Assembly (NCBI GenBank): GCA_010093705.1
Contig: MU006099.1
Location: 124,001-188,000, forward strand
Length of the DNA stretch: 64,000 nt
Reading direction: 5' to 3'
From: Patellaria atrata CBS 101060
Lineage: Eukaryota
Positions 1-14,172 of this stretch are shown here, piece after piece. Position numbers and translations under genes: made by a program. The notes below the pieces were generated by a model. It saw only the letters and a program-made list of their open reading frames with translations, did not search any database and was not told the origin of the DNA. Within the stretch, counting starts at the first letter, position 1, and each line of letters begins with the position of its first letter.

Positions 1-2082
1 CGTGAAGCGACAGGGGTTGTAGAGGAAAGGTAGATGTTTCTAGAGCCTCTCAGGAGTCGAGTAGGGCAGCCTGTAGTACTGTACATACCCAACCGGCCGG
101 GGGAGTGCAAACATTGACCGTCTCTTCTCACTCCGACTTCAGTCTCATATAAAAACAGAATATTCTTACTCTATATGGCTCCTTTGTGCAGTCTGCTAAT
201 CAGAGCCTTTAAGTATTACCTTATGTTGAGTTGTTGACGCTCTAGGTCACAGCAGACATATCTCTAATTCAATCTCCCCTCTTCACCCGGAACCCTCGCA
301 AACGTCAGGTATGACACGATACTGCATACTCCACAAGGTACTATATGAATTCTACACCGCGAGACTGTCTCCAAAGTTTTGTTACACCATTGGTCAGAAC
401 TTCTGTTTATGTTGGGCGTATATTGCCGTCTCCACGTTTCGGAGAAAACCAGAGAAGAGGCCTAAGGAACTTCGCATTGACTGGGCTGTAGTGGGGATAA
501 TAATTAGAATGAAAGAGATATCCGCTGGCGAGAGCTCGAGAGAAGGGAGATAGTCCTGAGAATAGCGCTTCTTAAATATACCTTCCTCGGAAGCCTTTCA
601 TGCTACGCAGCGTATACCTGGTTATAACCGTCAGCCAGTATTGCCAGCACGGTCCTATGTTATACTTAATGAACCAGTGTAATATCATGGTATACTAAGG
701 GTTATTACCCATCCATCAGGTAGACATCTCTCGATTGATAACCTACGGGAGAGTCTTAACCATCCAGAACTTTTTTTTTCACCATAGAACTTCCTTTTCC
801 ACTTATAGCAAGCGTACTCATCATTTAGAACAACTTAGATAAGACTTCCCTCGCTGCTAAATGCCTGAAACTTTGCTAACTCTATCATTTGTAGCAGAAA
901 ATCGCACATTTACATATATTTGCGCCCTTCAGGTGAACTATATCTATCGAACAGCTTACAAGCGCAACCGAATATGTCAAGAAGGTGAATTGCAGCTAGA
1001 AATATGGGACCTTGGGTTAACTGAACAGAATGGGAGTAATTAGAGCAGGTCCCGATTTGGGGGCTAATGTGCGCTGTATGTGATTTGTATCATCATGAAC
1101 AACAAAGCAGAAGGTTTAGAAAATTTTGATATAATACAAGAGCCATCGCGGTACCCGTCCTCATATAGTGCTGTTCGTGGACCGGGTCTCCGGGAAGAGG
1201 TCCCCTGGCGTTGGAGTTCTGGGGCCATGGCGGCAGAGTATGGGATGACTGATTTCTTGTGGACAGGGAGCAAGGAAACTAGAGTTATATATTACCTGTA
1301 TTATGGTCATAGGGGAGTGTTTATAAGTAGAGGTATATCAAAGCCTTATCTTACTATTACCTTGCGGCCAGTCAGGAGTAGACCAGGAGAATAAGTGCGA
1401 AGCGGAGTTCTCGCAATGGATATATGCACTTTCCCACCATCGAATGAAAGAACTTTCAGAGCTGTATATTCCTGTCATATCCAGATGATTCGGTAGGTAT
1501 CTGCTGATATCAGGATTGACAACAACTGTGCTCTGAGTTCAATCGACCAATCATTGTAGTATAAGCTCCTTTAGGGCGACCTCATCCAACCACTAGGCTT
1601 GTAAAGCCATGATTCATGAGGACAAATATATATTCGCCAAAAGTCTATAAATGATAATAATCTTTACCAACACACAACTTGATCCGAAGTTTCCCTACCC
1701 CTGAAACCCCTAAGCCCAAAGCCAAACCAAGCAAACATGCGCCCTAACACTTAAAGCTTGAGCGAAAAAGTCGTGGCTAACTAAAACACTATTCCGTACA
1801 AAACGAAGGACTTGCATCAAAAATAACAACACCAATTTGAAAGATAGAAGACTCAAACTCGCAGGATATGTTGGAAATACTCTAAACTACGTGATCCCCA
1901 GGTTTGAATTTATTCAGAGCATTTCTTGTGGTGTTGTTATCGTCACTAGTATTTTGGTTGGCCACGACTTTTTCGACCAAGCCTTGACCCCTGCACACCC
2001 AAACCTCACCCCATCCATCACCACATCACCACATCTACATCCCCATCTCCATCTCCATCCCCTCAAACCCCAAACCCTCACA

Positions 2083-2459
2083 ATGGCAAAAAAAGGTACA
2101 CTCCCAAATCCCTCCCCTCACCCTACTCACCCTAACCACCCCCAGCAAAATCCCGTACGATAGCCGTCCGCCTCATCTCCATGGCCATGACCGGCTATTA
2201 CCGCACGCTCGTGCGGCCTCGCGCGCACAAGCCGCTCAGCATGATGAAATATGATCCCGTCGGTACGTAACCTATCCGGAACCTACCCTATCCCCATAAA
2301 ATGCAACACCATCATAATGCTATAGAGGCCTTGTGAGACTCATACCCGGGGATGGGGGATGGAGGATGGGAGTTATGGAGTTGAGAAATATGGGGCTGAT
2401 GGACGACAGTGCGGAAACAAGTCCTCTTCTTGGAGCAGAAACGTGGGAAGGGGCTTTAG
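2083..2459 (+). CDS. MRPL39: Mitochondrial ribosomal protein bL33m (3 exons: 2083-2095, 2146-2262, 2410-2459); not recovered as an ORF by the track
   Basis: Spliced translation [59 protein letters not shown], with the L33 signature KYDPVV..VLF.E. Introns are GTACAC..CAG and GTACGT..CAG, with phases consistent. Confidence 0.93.
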
Positions 2460-2997
2460 ATGTGATTAGGATGTTTAAAATCATTATGAGAGAACTTATG
2501 CGATTGTGGATAGGGTGGTTCGTCCTGGAGGCTGCGTTGATGAAATCCTGCGAACGATATGACTGGGAAGAAGAAGGCAGTCGACTTCTAATCGCGATTC
2601 CGCGTCGCGAAGGATATCCACGTTGGAGGGATGGAGGAGCGGTTCCCAAAGGGTCTTGTTATAGCTGCATTACTGGAGTTCGGGGGATCATAGCACGCAA
2701 ACCGCTACTTCCATTTCTGTAATAGTATATATTGTATACTATCTGTCTACAGAGTGCGCTGAAGACCTCATCTCATATATCCCTTTTCTGGTCTGCTGTC
2801 TGCATTGGTTACTCCTACTTCCGTGCGAAAGTACCTCCCTGATACATATTCCATAAAATGCTATGCAGAAAAATACTTACAATGTCGACCAAGTGGTGAT
2901 ACTTTCGCTTATACCTGCCGTGTGCCTTAATTTTTCGTTGGTGAAATATATGGTGTTGCTGCAGAACACCTTGATTTCACGGCCTCGAACCTCAAGA

Positions 2998-5900
2998 CTA
3001 ATCTAGAGTCCGTGAGAAACGTTCCTCGTAAGGATCCACTGAGGATTATTAGTATTGGGTTTTCCTTCGAATCTGAAGACAACTCACCCTTGTTCCCGCC
3101 TTTTCGTTGGGCTTTACGCCCTGATGTACCAGTTCGGACGGTTTGATTGGAGGATTTCAATCGAGTTGTAGGAGTAGCTTCGCTCACCATTGATGAATGG
3201 AAAATTTGAGACTGCGATTGCGACTGCGACTGCGACTGTGACTGTGACTGTGATTTAGAAATGCCAGATCTATAAGCAGAGAGCTGTGATTGAGAATCTT
3301 TTGCGCTCTTGGATAGACGACTCTTCACTGAAACCTGAGTTTGAGTATCGACCTGTGAGATCTGAGAGTGTGGACGCTGTATATGGCAGATGTTTTCGGA
3401 AGCATTATCACGGCGAGATTTCTTTGCGGACACTTCTTTCTGAGCATTGCTTCTACGACGTTTCGAGCCTTGGCTCACAGTGTTCCCTCCTGTCTGAACC
3501 GTGTCTCGATCTTGGCTGTTTTGCGAACCTGGCCGAGAAGATGAGCGATGATAGGTCGTGACTTTGTGGTTGATTGTACGTAGTGGTCGCAAATAGTCCG
3601 GAGTGCTGGTATTTTGCTCACCGGTCTTGTCCGGGGTGACGAAGCGGTGGGATATGTCTCGATCATGAGTTGTTCGGTTCGGTCCGGCTTGCCGTTCTAA
3701 ATTTTTGCTACTTTGATTATCATCGTCAGTACGTATCGGAGGAAAAATCTTCGATCCCGTGTTTGCCTGTGATATCGGCCGAGTTTGGGCGTCAAAGGAG
3801 TGGCGGCTTTCTTGTGAGTATCTAGGATCTTCCATGGGAGCTCTACTCTTGAGTGGAACTTGAGAAATGCGATTACCAGGTTGCTCTTTGGAGTTTTCCA
3901 GCTTCTGGGGAAATTCTAAGTCGCGAGTATGTTTGCTATGGATAGATAGATCACTATGCGTAAGGATGTTTCCGATTTCTGATAGGACCGAAGAGCTGCT
4001 CCGCATCTTGTTGAAAGCTGAAAATAGCGGAATATCAAACTGCGTTTCCGGAATAACGCCCGTCTGAGCCGCACTCCTCACGCCATCCTCATCAGGGCCT
4101 TCGTATACCCCAAGATCGTGGTCCATATCGTCTTCGGGGAAGAGATAAGTCATATCGATCGCTTCTTCTATGAAAGTGGGGACTGGAGTACTCGGTAGGA
4201 GGTTCTGCGATACTGCTACTTCCACTATCGAGTCATTTTTTCGGTCGACTTTCTTCCGCGGTTTAGTTATGTCTTGGGGTCTTGACGAACCTGTTGGTGT
4301 GGTTACGACTGTACGCTTGCTCATAAACTGCTGGGGAAAATTGGCCTCCGCTGAGGTACCCCTTCTTGGTCTATCTACCTCTGCTATTAGTCGCTGTTTG
4401 AATTCTTGAAAGTTAGTTTCCGCATCAGTCTTCTGCTGCTCTAGCTCCGCCATGCACTTTTCCGATGAAATGCGTTCATTTTGGAGCTCTTCTTGATATT
4501 CTTGCTGCATGCGGGAGATTGTATCTTCGCGTTCTTTGGTTGTAGCTTCCGCTTCTGCTAGCCGGCATTGAAGTTCGTCGAGGTCTGCTCTTGCTTTTTC
4601 CTGTAGCTTCTTGATGGCATCGTCCGCTTTCATCTTGAACTTCTCTAACTCCGTTTCGGCAGTTTTAATCGCTTCTTGCTGGCTGTCGATTATGGTCTGC
4701 TTCTCCTGGATCGCGGCAGCATGCCTTTCTTCAAGGTCTTGGAACGCAGCTTGATAATCGGTTTGTAGTCGCAACTCCTCTTCGAGCCTCGAAGTCTGTA
4801 AAGATTTGACGCGGGATTCAAGGTCACGAATGATTTCTGCACTTTGAGCATTCGATTCTTTCAATGACTGAGCTTCTGATTCCACGTTCTTTGCACGGTC
4901 TTCGAGGGAATGGATATCACCTTTCTTTCCCTCGAATGTCTTTTCCATTTCGATGGCCCTCTGTTTCAAACGATGCATTTTATTTTCAAACTCCGCAGTT
5001 TGGTCTTGACGCAATTGCCGAGCTTCTTTGTAGAGCTGTTCTCTAACAGTGTCTATTGTAGTTGACGACTGGTTCCGTTAACATACTGGAACCCCAAAAG
5101 ATTTGTTGTTACTCACTTTACCTTCAATTTCCGCCTTCTCGCGCTCTGCAATTTCGGCCTTCTCTTCCGCTAGTTTTAGGTTTTCCTAGGTTTCTTAGCA
5201 CTGGCCTTTGATTTAGGGGGTTGACCTTACCTGAAGCACCGACAGCTCAGCTCGCATGTTAGACTCTGCTTCCACAGTGTCCTGAAGCCTTTCCTTGACA
5301 TCATTAAGTTCGGCCTTGTGAGATTCGAGTTCATGTAAGAGGTTAGTATTTCTGCTCACTAGTTCGAGCTGGTATTCTGTAGGGACTTCTGGCCCGGTTT
5401 CCCTAGATGTTGCAACGACAAGGTCACGTTCCACTTGCGCACACTTGACTTTCAGTGTCTCTTCGTTCTGCTTTAAAACCTGTACTTGTTCATTAAACAT
5501 ACTAAGCTTTTCGTCCTTTGCTGAACATTGCTCCTGAAGCCTAGCACAGGAAGCTTTCAGTGTTGTGATTTGGGACTGTAGATCTGAGTTAGATTGAATC
5601 TCGTTTCTCAGGGATTCAAGTTGTTCCTTTATCTCGTCGATGGAAATGTTGGTACTAAAGGATTGACCTGCAGGATCTGACTCCTTTAGATGGGACTGCA
5701 CGTTATCAAGACGGCCTAACATATCATTGAGCAAAGGCCGAATGCTATTCTCTAGACCTCCGATGTCATCCTTAGTGATCGTATCTCGATTTTTGATATC
5801 CTCAACAGCTTGCATCCACCCTGCAACATTGTCTTTGATACCATGAAACATATTTTCAGATTTCTCAATGGCTGTTGCGAGAGATTGTAGTTTGTTTGTT

Positions 5901-8196
5901 GATATCTCATGGTTACAATATGCCTGAGAATGTAGCTGCTCGTGGCTAGATTCAATGATTTCAAGATGTTTCTCAAGGATCGTTCGATGATTCCGCTCAT
6001 CGACTAGGAGTTCACTTTTATCCTTCAGTTGCTGCTCAAAATTTTGACTATCGCGAAGGGTATCATGAAGCTTCTGAGACATCTCCTTGACGGCATTTCC
6101 TACCTTACTACGAACCTGAGTAGATCGCTCAATGGTGGAGTTGAGCATTGCGTGGAGCTCCCGCTGAATCGAACCACGTTCCTCGTTTTCTTTCGCTAGC
6201 TCCGAACATTTCTGGTCGAGACTCATTTTGCTACCACGGAGCTTTGAAATGTCATTCCCCAGGCCATTTACAAATTTCTGGAGACTCGAAACCTTTGCTT
6301 CGTATTTCGCAACTCTTTCTTTATGCGCGTATAACTGCACAGAGAGCTCATCATTTTGAAGGATCTTAGTATCCAACTCATTTTGAATGGTCTGATTTGC
6401 TAGTTTGAGATTCATGATTTCATCGTTCAAAGATCCAAATTTCTCTTCAGTTGTTTGTGAGGCACGTCTCTTATCGTTTGTAAGAGCCCAATTCAGAACT
6501 TCTAGACACTTGCCAACAACGTTGTCTTGCCCAAAAGGTGTAGCAGACCGCTTAGATTTCCCTTTTGCAACTCTGGGGGGCACTCCACGATTTGACACCC
6601 GGTGTAGCGCCTGCTCAGATGGATTGGACGATCCCTTGAACGGTTGTGGATTAGCGAATGACGAGACGTTACGAGAATCAACCAGTAGTTTACTCTGAAT
6701 AGGCTGGATATGAAGAGGTTTCAAGCGCCCACGTGAGACGGGTTCACTCTGGTTTATCCTTCCCTCGTCATTGCGTGTTTGCTGTTGGTGTGGAGCATTA
6801 TTTGGGTCATCGTTGATATGTCCATCCGAGGTATCGCATTCCAGTTGCAAGGCATTTGCGCTAGTAGTCCGAAAGTTCATTCCGTTTGCTCCAGTTCGCG
6901 GACCACTGGCGGGGTTACCCCAAAGATCTTTCTTGAATTTTGCAGGTGGTGAGGTTTTCGTCTGGTTTTGCATCGGCTCTCGATCATTATGGTTCGAAGA
7001 ATCAAAGTTAGTGTTTGATTCTGTTGTCCATTGTTGATTCGGAGGGACATTCGATTTTGGCTCAATTGGATCTGCTGGACTTGCGAAGATGTTGAGAATA
7101 TCATCGTTCTCTTGCTGAAGAGAGCATCCAACTTTCATAGTACTTTCCGTTCCCGAGTACTCTGGCGGAACTGTTCGCTTTGTAACATCAACAGGTCGCT
7201 TCGAACCTGACCTTGTCTTTTTGACCGCCCGTTTTCTGATTGTAGATATCTGTATGGAGGCTGTGGTCTCGCCTTGGGTATGTGGGTAAGGTTTTATAGT
7301 GGCTCCAACTTGGGCTGATCCAGAATCCTTATGCTCTTGAGCGACGAATGGGATGGATTCGGGCTCAAATTTAGTGTGAGCATTGTCTAGAGGAGTCTGC
7401 GATCGGCGTTCTTCAAATGAAGTTTCGTTACTATTGTAATAGTATCTTAGTTAGCCAAAATGATCCTAAAGATGGACTATTTGATGTTTAGAAGTCTACT
7501 TACCCAACCAAATTCGAAGCTTTGCTCATCTGGGCTTCGTTCGTTCGCCTGTTGAAACCATCGTGTTCTTGTTGACTGGGCTCTTGTGTGGTATTTGTAA
7601 GGGTAAGTAAGTCCGAACGGGACGTAAGGGTAGGTGTTGGCGCATTTAGGAGCACTGGATAAGGGCAACTAGAATTCGTATCTGTTCAGAGAGTGAATTG
7701 TGAGCAGAGATCGCGACTATACAGTTAACAGCTTACCTTGGATGCCAATGGAAGGTCTATTGGGCCGGAGATTTCGTCCCTGTTGCTGAACCTCTACGAT
7801 AGGTCCCTTTCGTGTCCCGTGGAAGTCAAGATTGCGCTTGATATTTCCAGCCGGGAATACAAAGCTCTTCGTGGGATCTTCCTCAGATACGATGGGCTTC
7901 ACGAATAATCCGTTCTGACCGATAAATTTGCTATGTGGGAGAGATATGTCTGCTTTCTTACTTGTCTCGCTTGGTGCTAGCATTTTTACAATCAGACGAG
8001 ATGTCAGTGGACTGACAGAGCCCTCGAGAGATCCGTCATTATACGATTGACTTGTCTCTCGCTTTCTCTGGTCAGAAAATTGCGTCTCAGTGATATGTGC
8101 AGCCTGGCTGTCTTGAGCTTGGACAATGTCGCTGTCATCAACCTGATCGTCGCTTTCATCCGGCTTGACTTCATTTCTAAGGCCGGATGGAGGCAT
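2998..8196 (-). CDS. Large (~1,640 aa) coiled-coil protein with disordered N-terminus and SQ-rich basic C-terminus; about 6 exons
   Basis: Joins ORFs 7717-8250, 5213-7138 and 2927-5014. Introns at 7736-7682 and 7503-7431 were checked for phase; others at ~5230-5187, ~5117-5069 and ~3087-3039. Long heptad E/K/L/Q-rich centre; last exon reads VDPYEERFSRTLD*. Start ATG (MPPSG) is a best guess. Confidence 0.8.
3206..3253 (-). repeat. Coding hexamer repeat encoding (SQ)n
   Basis: GACTGC/GACTGT tandem units on the + strand, translating to SQSQSQSQSQSQSQSQ. Confidence 0.9.
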
Positions 8197-9797
8197 GATA
8201 ATTGGATCGTCCACAGGCCTTCGGAATACGTATCGGAAAAAGTTTGTCAATCGACGCTCGAGGAAATATAGGTCCAGGATACTAATACGATGACTTTAAA
8301 AACACAAAGAGCCACGTTTGAAAACTACAGTCTACTTCTAGAGTCACTAGAATCTCATTGTAGAAAAGGAAGGATAGAATGAAATCCAGTGTGCGAATGC
8401 AACACAGGTAGCGAAAGTATGGAGAAAGTGCAGAGAAGACTTGAGAACGGAAGGTGGAGTTAGTGAGTCTGTCGCTGCTTCCCTTGATGGCAACTATATG
8501 AATGCAACTACCTACCTTCCCTACTGTGATCATTGAACGGGGCTTCTGCTACCTCTTCTTTTGATTTTTATATGCCATTATATTGACTTTGTTTGACTAT
8601 TATAAAACAGGAGAGATAGTTCTTCAGAGGTTCTTAAGACAGTTTTGATCTCCGATGAGTTCACATAAGGGACTAGAGAAGTTGAAATCTAAGTCCATGC
8701 ACAACCCAATGCCATACCCGACGGACGTTCCGTTGACAGATAACTTGACGAGATGTCTGGTTTAGTTAATCTCACACTCTTCATTCGTTATCCAAGCCGT
8801 ACCACAGAGTATAGGTGCATCAAATAGGTCTGAAGATGTATCCTACTTAACTCTGTAAGACGCCGGATGAAAATTGAAACGCTCGGTATGCTGATAATCA
8901 TGGTAGGGTATTCGTGCAAGATGCGTTCTACTGTTGTGACTCCCGCTCGAAGTTTGGATTGATCGTCCTTCACGAGCCCCAAGGATTCGAGCGTAGCGCC
9001 TACTACGCATGTATTGCACCGTATGTAGGTAAGGAGAGACATCCTTAGACGCGAACCAAGGCACAGAGGCTCTGCAGCAGTATTCCATACTCCATACCGG
9101 GTTTCCTAATGACCATAAGGGGGGATAAGAATAGACAGAAACGTTTCATTTCAAAACTCCGGTATTTATCCCCTATATATAGCCCTCTCCACCCCTCTCA
9201 TACCGAAACCTTGGAGACTATAGTTTAAGATGCGCATCAGTGCATGAATTTGCGTTTTTCAACTTGAGCGGGAGTTGAGATGCGCAAACAACAACAGGGA
9301 AGTATGGGCGCGAACGCAGGGACCAGATTCAACCGGCCACCAATCAGACGGTTAAGCACATTTTCCCATCACCGTGCATAGACCATCTCGTCCATCCCAT
9401 CCTCTCCCCCTTCTTAACCGCCCACGCTCTATTCATGCTATCACCAATCATTATCGCAATCAACCCTTCAAAACTGCCAGGTACGAGAATTCCATTGCCG
9501 TAATGGTGCGTTTCCCTCAAAGCCAAGCAGATTTTCTCCCTGGGATCCTGGCTTATCACAACGACACACATTGTGATTTGGTAGCCGCCAGACCGTTATG
9601 GTCTCGATGCGCTGCAATGCTCTTCACTCAAATAGAGCATCTTGGTCGCACCCTCGCGATACCCCTCTGAATGCGAGTTGACCTCTACGACCTTCTCCAG
9701 ACATTCGCTGATTTCACTCTGCTATATACCGGTTGAAAACCACCAGAGGCAAGGAACTCGACTTACTGTTCTTCTCGCGTGTTTCCAAATTTTCACA

Positions 9798-10515
9798 ATG
9801 AAGTCGAACTTCATACTTTTAGCACTTTCTCTTCTCTCTTCGGCCGCAATTGCAGCAGAATCTACGGTGGGACCGGCAGTCATAGTCAGCGAAGAAAACC
9901 CAAGCAGAACCGGCTTAGCGACCCTAATTTCTCCAGCAACCGCAGAACCTACTGACGTCGCCACCACAAGTGTCAATGAGAATGGAGCCCCAATTTCTGG
10001 ATCGAATGGAGGAGAGACAATAGTCGAGGGTGGGGAAGGAGATGACGCAGCAGGCGCAGAGGGAAATGATACCGGAGCGTTCACTATCTCCAAGGGGGGT
10101 CTTGCTGCTATCATCACTGTTGTTGTAGTAGTTGTTGTATTTGGAAGTGAGTCGGCCTGCTAGATCTGCATGAAATAATTGACTAACCCCTATTTTAGTC
10201 GCGTCTGTCATTCTTTACTGGCTTGCGAAGAAACGACAATGGGAAGTCCGCAAGAGCATCAAACGTGCTTCTCGCCGCCTCACAGGTAGACTCGACAATT
10301 CAAAGCGGAAGCGTCAGAGCACACGAATTGTATCGCCAACCCGAACACGGAGACCTGCCGATCTTGAGAAGGGAAAACCCACTACCGAGAGAGTGGGCAA
10401 CCCTGCAGGCGGTAAAACAACCACAACCACCACCATTTCAAGCACATTTGATGTTGAGACGCCCACTGACAAGTCTTGGAAATCCAAACTCGGCCTCGGA
10501 GGCGGAAAGAAGTAA
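9798..10515 (+). CDS. Single-pass type I membrane protein (signal peptide, S/T/E/G-rich ectodomain, TM helix, basic cytoplasmic tail); 2 exons 9798-10146, 10199-10515
   Basis: MKSNFILLALSLLSSAAIA signal peptide; TM GGLAAIITVVVVVVVFGIASVILYWLAKKRQW spans intron GTGAGT..CTAAC..TAG; tail ends KSKLGLGGGKK*. Confidence 0.85.
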
Positions 10516-12397
10516 ATACAGACCAGATAATAAGTGTAATGTGTTCAATGTCCGATGTTATCCACCACTTGATTTTCAGGGCATCGATCAAAGATGGAGT
10601 ACGGAGCTTGTTGATTATGTACGATTTTCTTTCTTGTAAATTTCCTTTTTCTATTCATTTTCTAAGAGCATCGTGCGAACGGAAAGCCAAATGTTCCCAC
10701 TTCCATCAATTACGAGATACCCTTCCAACCTCTTGAGTCCAAACTTGAAATTCGTCTACAATGTATTTCAATCTGTCTCTCCCTTATGGATTACAATGGA
10801 TAGGACTCTTATATATTGTTTGTCTCTAACCAATCCTCTGAAATGCTCCTCCGGAAATCAAGCCTTGACTTGTCCTTCCCTTCAACATCCCGAGATCACC
10901 ATTCAGTACACCGCCCGCTTTTTTTTTTTACCGATACTCGTCTGATCTCCTCCATTCTATATATATACCCTAACTGTTCATAGTACCATCCCGAGTCTAT
11001 TACCCGACTGAGGCCCGATCCCAAACTGATGTATCTAGGTGGTATTATTCCTTCTCCATTATGGTCACCCAACTCTCCCGCGCCCACTCCACGTTCTACC
11101 ACTCGTAACCTCTAATCGTACTCCACAAAAAAGAAAGGCAGAAAATACAAGGTGAATTCTTGTTTGAACGGAAATTATAACTATCCGGAGTAGCTTATGG
11201 TATAATGCTATCATTCAACATCTCCTATCTCCAGTCAAGCATAAAGAAGTTAGCCTATCAAAGACTCTTAGCCACATGATCATACTGACTAATAAACAAT
11301 ATAAATACCATACCGTCTTCTAACCCTCATCCTACCAGAAAATTCCGGCAAGCGTACGAGCTGAAGCATACCAACTTAGGGGAGGGTGTAGTCATCAACA
11401 CGATCGCGTAAAGATATCCCAGTCCCGTCCCCAACCCCTCAAAATCAAAGTACCTATACATATGCTGCATTTTTCCACCATATATGCGCCCTCATACCCA
11501 CTTGAAAGACCTCCATAGAACCCCTACCTATTACTCACCCAACTCAGACACGGGTACGTAAAACCCCCTTCAGCCAAAACATGCCGACCCCGAAGTAACA
11601 CGCTCATAAACACGCGGACAATCGCTCAAATACCGCATTCAGGTGGCCGAATCCGCTCTGCCTGTTCCCTATCATAATTAAAATATTTTCCACCACTTGA
11701 GTCGACGCATCTTATCTAAGCAGTCGGCATATCCTCGGTACAAGTACCCGCATTGGCTCCGGCTCGGATTAACGTTCTGCCACGAAGCACAACATCATCT
11801 TGTCAAATTCCTTATCTCTTCTTTTTGTAATCCCTAGGTAGTTGCATTGGTTGGATTTGTTGTTAGGCTAGGGCGTTGATTTTGATGGTTATTTCACTGA
11901 TCTTTTTTACTTGTGTTGATTCTTTTCTTAGTAGCGGGATAGGAGGTCAGTGTTTCTAGTTCTGCCCATTTTGTTCACTCCGATGTGCTCTATTTTACTT
12001 CATCACTCCTGAAGGTTTCGTACGGCAAAAATGATTCACGATAGCATTGTCTTCATCTTACAGTGACTTCATCATCATATATACACGACAGTCTCTCCAC
12101 TTGCATTCTATTACCTAAGCTATCACTACCCTTCCTCTTGGTCCCGATCAGTCACGAAAACAAAACTATTCAGCACCTATATCTCCTTCAATAGCGAAAT
12201 CTCCGCCAAAGATCAGCTCTTCGTATTCAGTATGACGAGCATGCGGATTCGCAGATGCTGCCGCTGACCAGAATAGACAGGAGGTGTAGCTATACGCGTG
12301 TGGTGAACCATCTGCTGGCTATAGCTGGACATCGGTATGTCTGAAAAGAATCGCACGCTCTCTTGGAGACTCGTCCTTTCCTCCACAATCCCAATTC

Positions 12398-13376
12398 TCA
12401 TTGTTGTAACTTTCTTCCGATAAAAGCGAGACTAAGCTTGCGTAAGGGCGCGGCAGTAATCCCCAAATACCCTCCTCTTGGTCGTCCTTCGTTTGGCCCT
12501 TCCCGTCCTCGAGTTGAACTTCTGGGTGCGAGATCGTCGATTTGGTAGGTGGGTGTGCTGGTGTAGGTCTTGGAGTCTTCCAGTTGTGCACGGCATTGTC
12601 CTCGATATATTTCCGCGTCTACAACGCTGAATTCTTGAGATTCGGGTGTTTTTGTTGATTCATTTCCACTCGTCTTGCTGAGCGGAGGTTTAGTGGATCG
12701 GAATGCAAAAAGGCGTGGGGTAGTCTCGATGCGAGGTTCCTCGTCCTCGTTCTCGAGATAGTTACTGCGACCACGCGGATAGCCCTTTGATCCAAATGTT
12801 GCCGCGAACCATTCGGAACTTTGCTTTCTTCGAATCCCTAATCCTCGGGCCGTTGTTCTGGCCTTTCCCACCAGTTTTTCAGGAAGGAGGGTGAACCAAA
12901 AACCCCAGCTCTGTCTAGGACACAATGATGGAACTCGGAAATCGTTGTTGTGTATTAAGGTGGTGACTTTGCACTTGCCATAATTTTGATCCAGTTCGAC
13001 TGAATCGACAAGGTCCTCATTGGGATCAGGATATTGCCTTCATCTACGGCATCCAAATCGTCATCGAAATGGATCTCCTCGTCCTGGTAGGTCTGGGTAT
13101 CATGTTGGCACAGTGATTTGTACATTTCGACTACTTCAGCATTGGAGCAGGCGTGAGACGCGCGAGGGGGTGAGAACAGCGAGATCGTGACTTTGCACCT
13201 GCCCCATAGCTATTATCCAGTTTTCCTGGATCGACAAGGTCCTCATTGTCGTCAAGGATATTTCCTTCATCTACTGCTTCTAAATCGTCGTTAAAATTGA
13301 TGCCTTCCTCCTCGTAAATCGGATGCGGTTCTAGTACCTTGAATGTAAACGCTGCCTCACGGCTTTTAGTCATCAT
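12398..13376 (-). pseudogene. Disrupted gene of unknown function with internal ~140-bp duplication
   Basis: Acidic repeat Y.EE.I.F.DDL.AVDEGNIL..NEDLVD occurs twice (~13185-13318 and ~12963-13090). The two copies differ by compensating 1-nt indels, and stops separate the ORF fragments. Confidence 0.45.
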
Positions 13377-14172
13377 GGTCTTTGGTCTTTTTGAGGTTGC
13401 TGTTGAAGTTGTTCCCAGTGTGACTTTTCAAAGTGTAAACTTTGGTTCTCGTCGAGGTTGATAGGTTTCTTCGTAGATAATATCGTTACGTCTGAAAGGA
13501 CACGCGGAATATTTGTCGATGTTGACCATGCTGTTCATTTAATGAAAATAACTTGTTGCAGAAAGCTGTGAGAGCAATTATGGATGATTTGTGTTGTTGT
13601 GGAGGTTGAGAGGAGGTGGGCCAGGCGATACGAAAATTTGTATTGTGCGAGGCTCCAAGAGGGGATGATAGTCACGTATAGGTATTGGGTGGGATTAAGA
13701 GGTGTGCGGGCCTAAACACCTATAGAATATTGCTAATAGAATTCACAGGCACGATCATGGATTACGGCACGGTAAAATTACGAGATCGAAAAGGGGTATC
13801 ATTCTACAGGATTTTCGTACAAAAACGAGAGGAAAGCCTCCACAAAGCACACAAGAACTCCCAACTCCACCACAAAAACACCCCAAAGCACCACCCAACG
13901 CCGCAGCAATCAAAAAAAGCGACACCAGGAAACAAGAGCTTTTTGAATGGCGTAAGGCCCAAGAGGAAGCGCCACCGAAGCACTGTAAACAGACTATCGG
14001 TATCTGTATGCTTTTACACCATAGCAAGCATACCGAAGGACACTTACCAATGCCAGAGAAGGATTCTACGGCCAGACGGCCGAAAGGTGAAGATTTTAGG
14101 CCTCTCGGCCAGCGTGTCTAATCTCAAAGGGAGACCAGGGGGTTGATCTCCCGCGGTCGAACTAAGAATCCA

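Noticed and set aside
1..1480. Possible decayed gene (minus-strand KVLSFDGG, patatin-like) in the first 1.5 kb
   Set aside because: The motif lacks the GGGxRG and GxSxG continuation; no consistent frame could be reconstructed.
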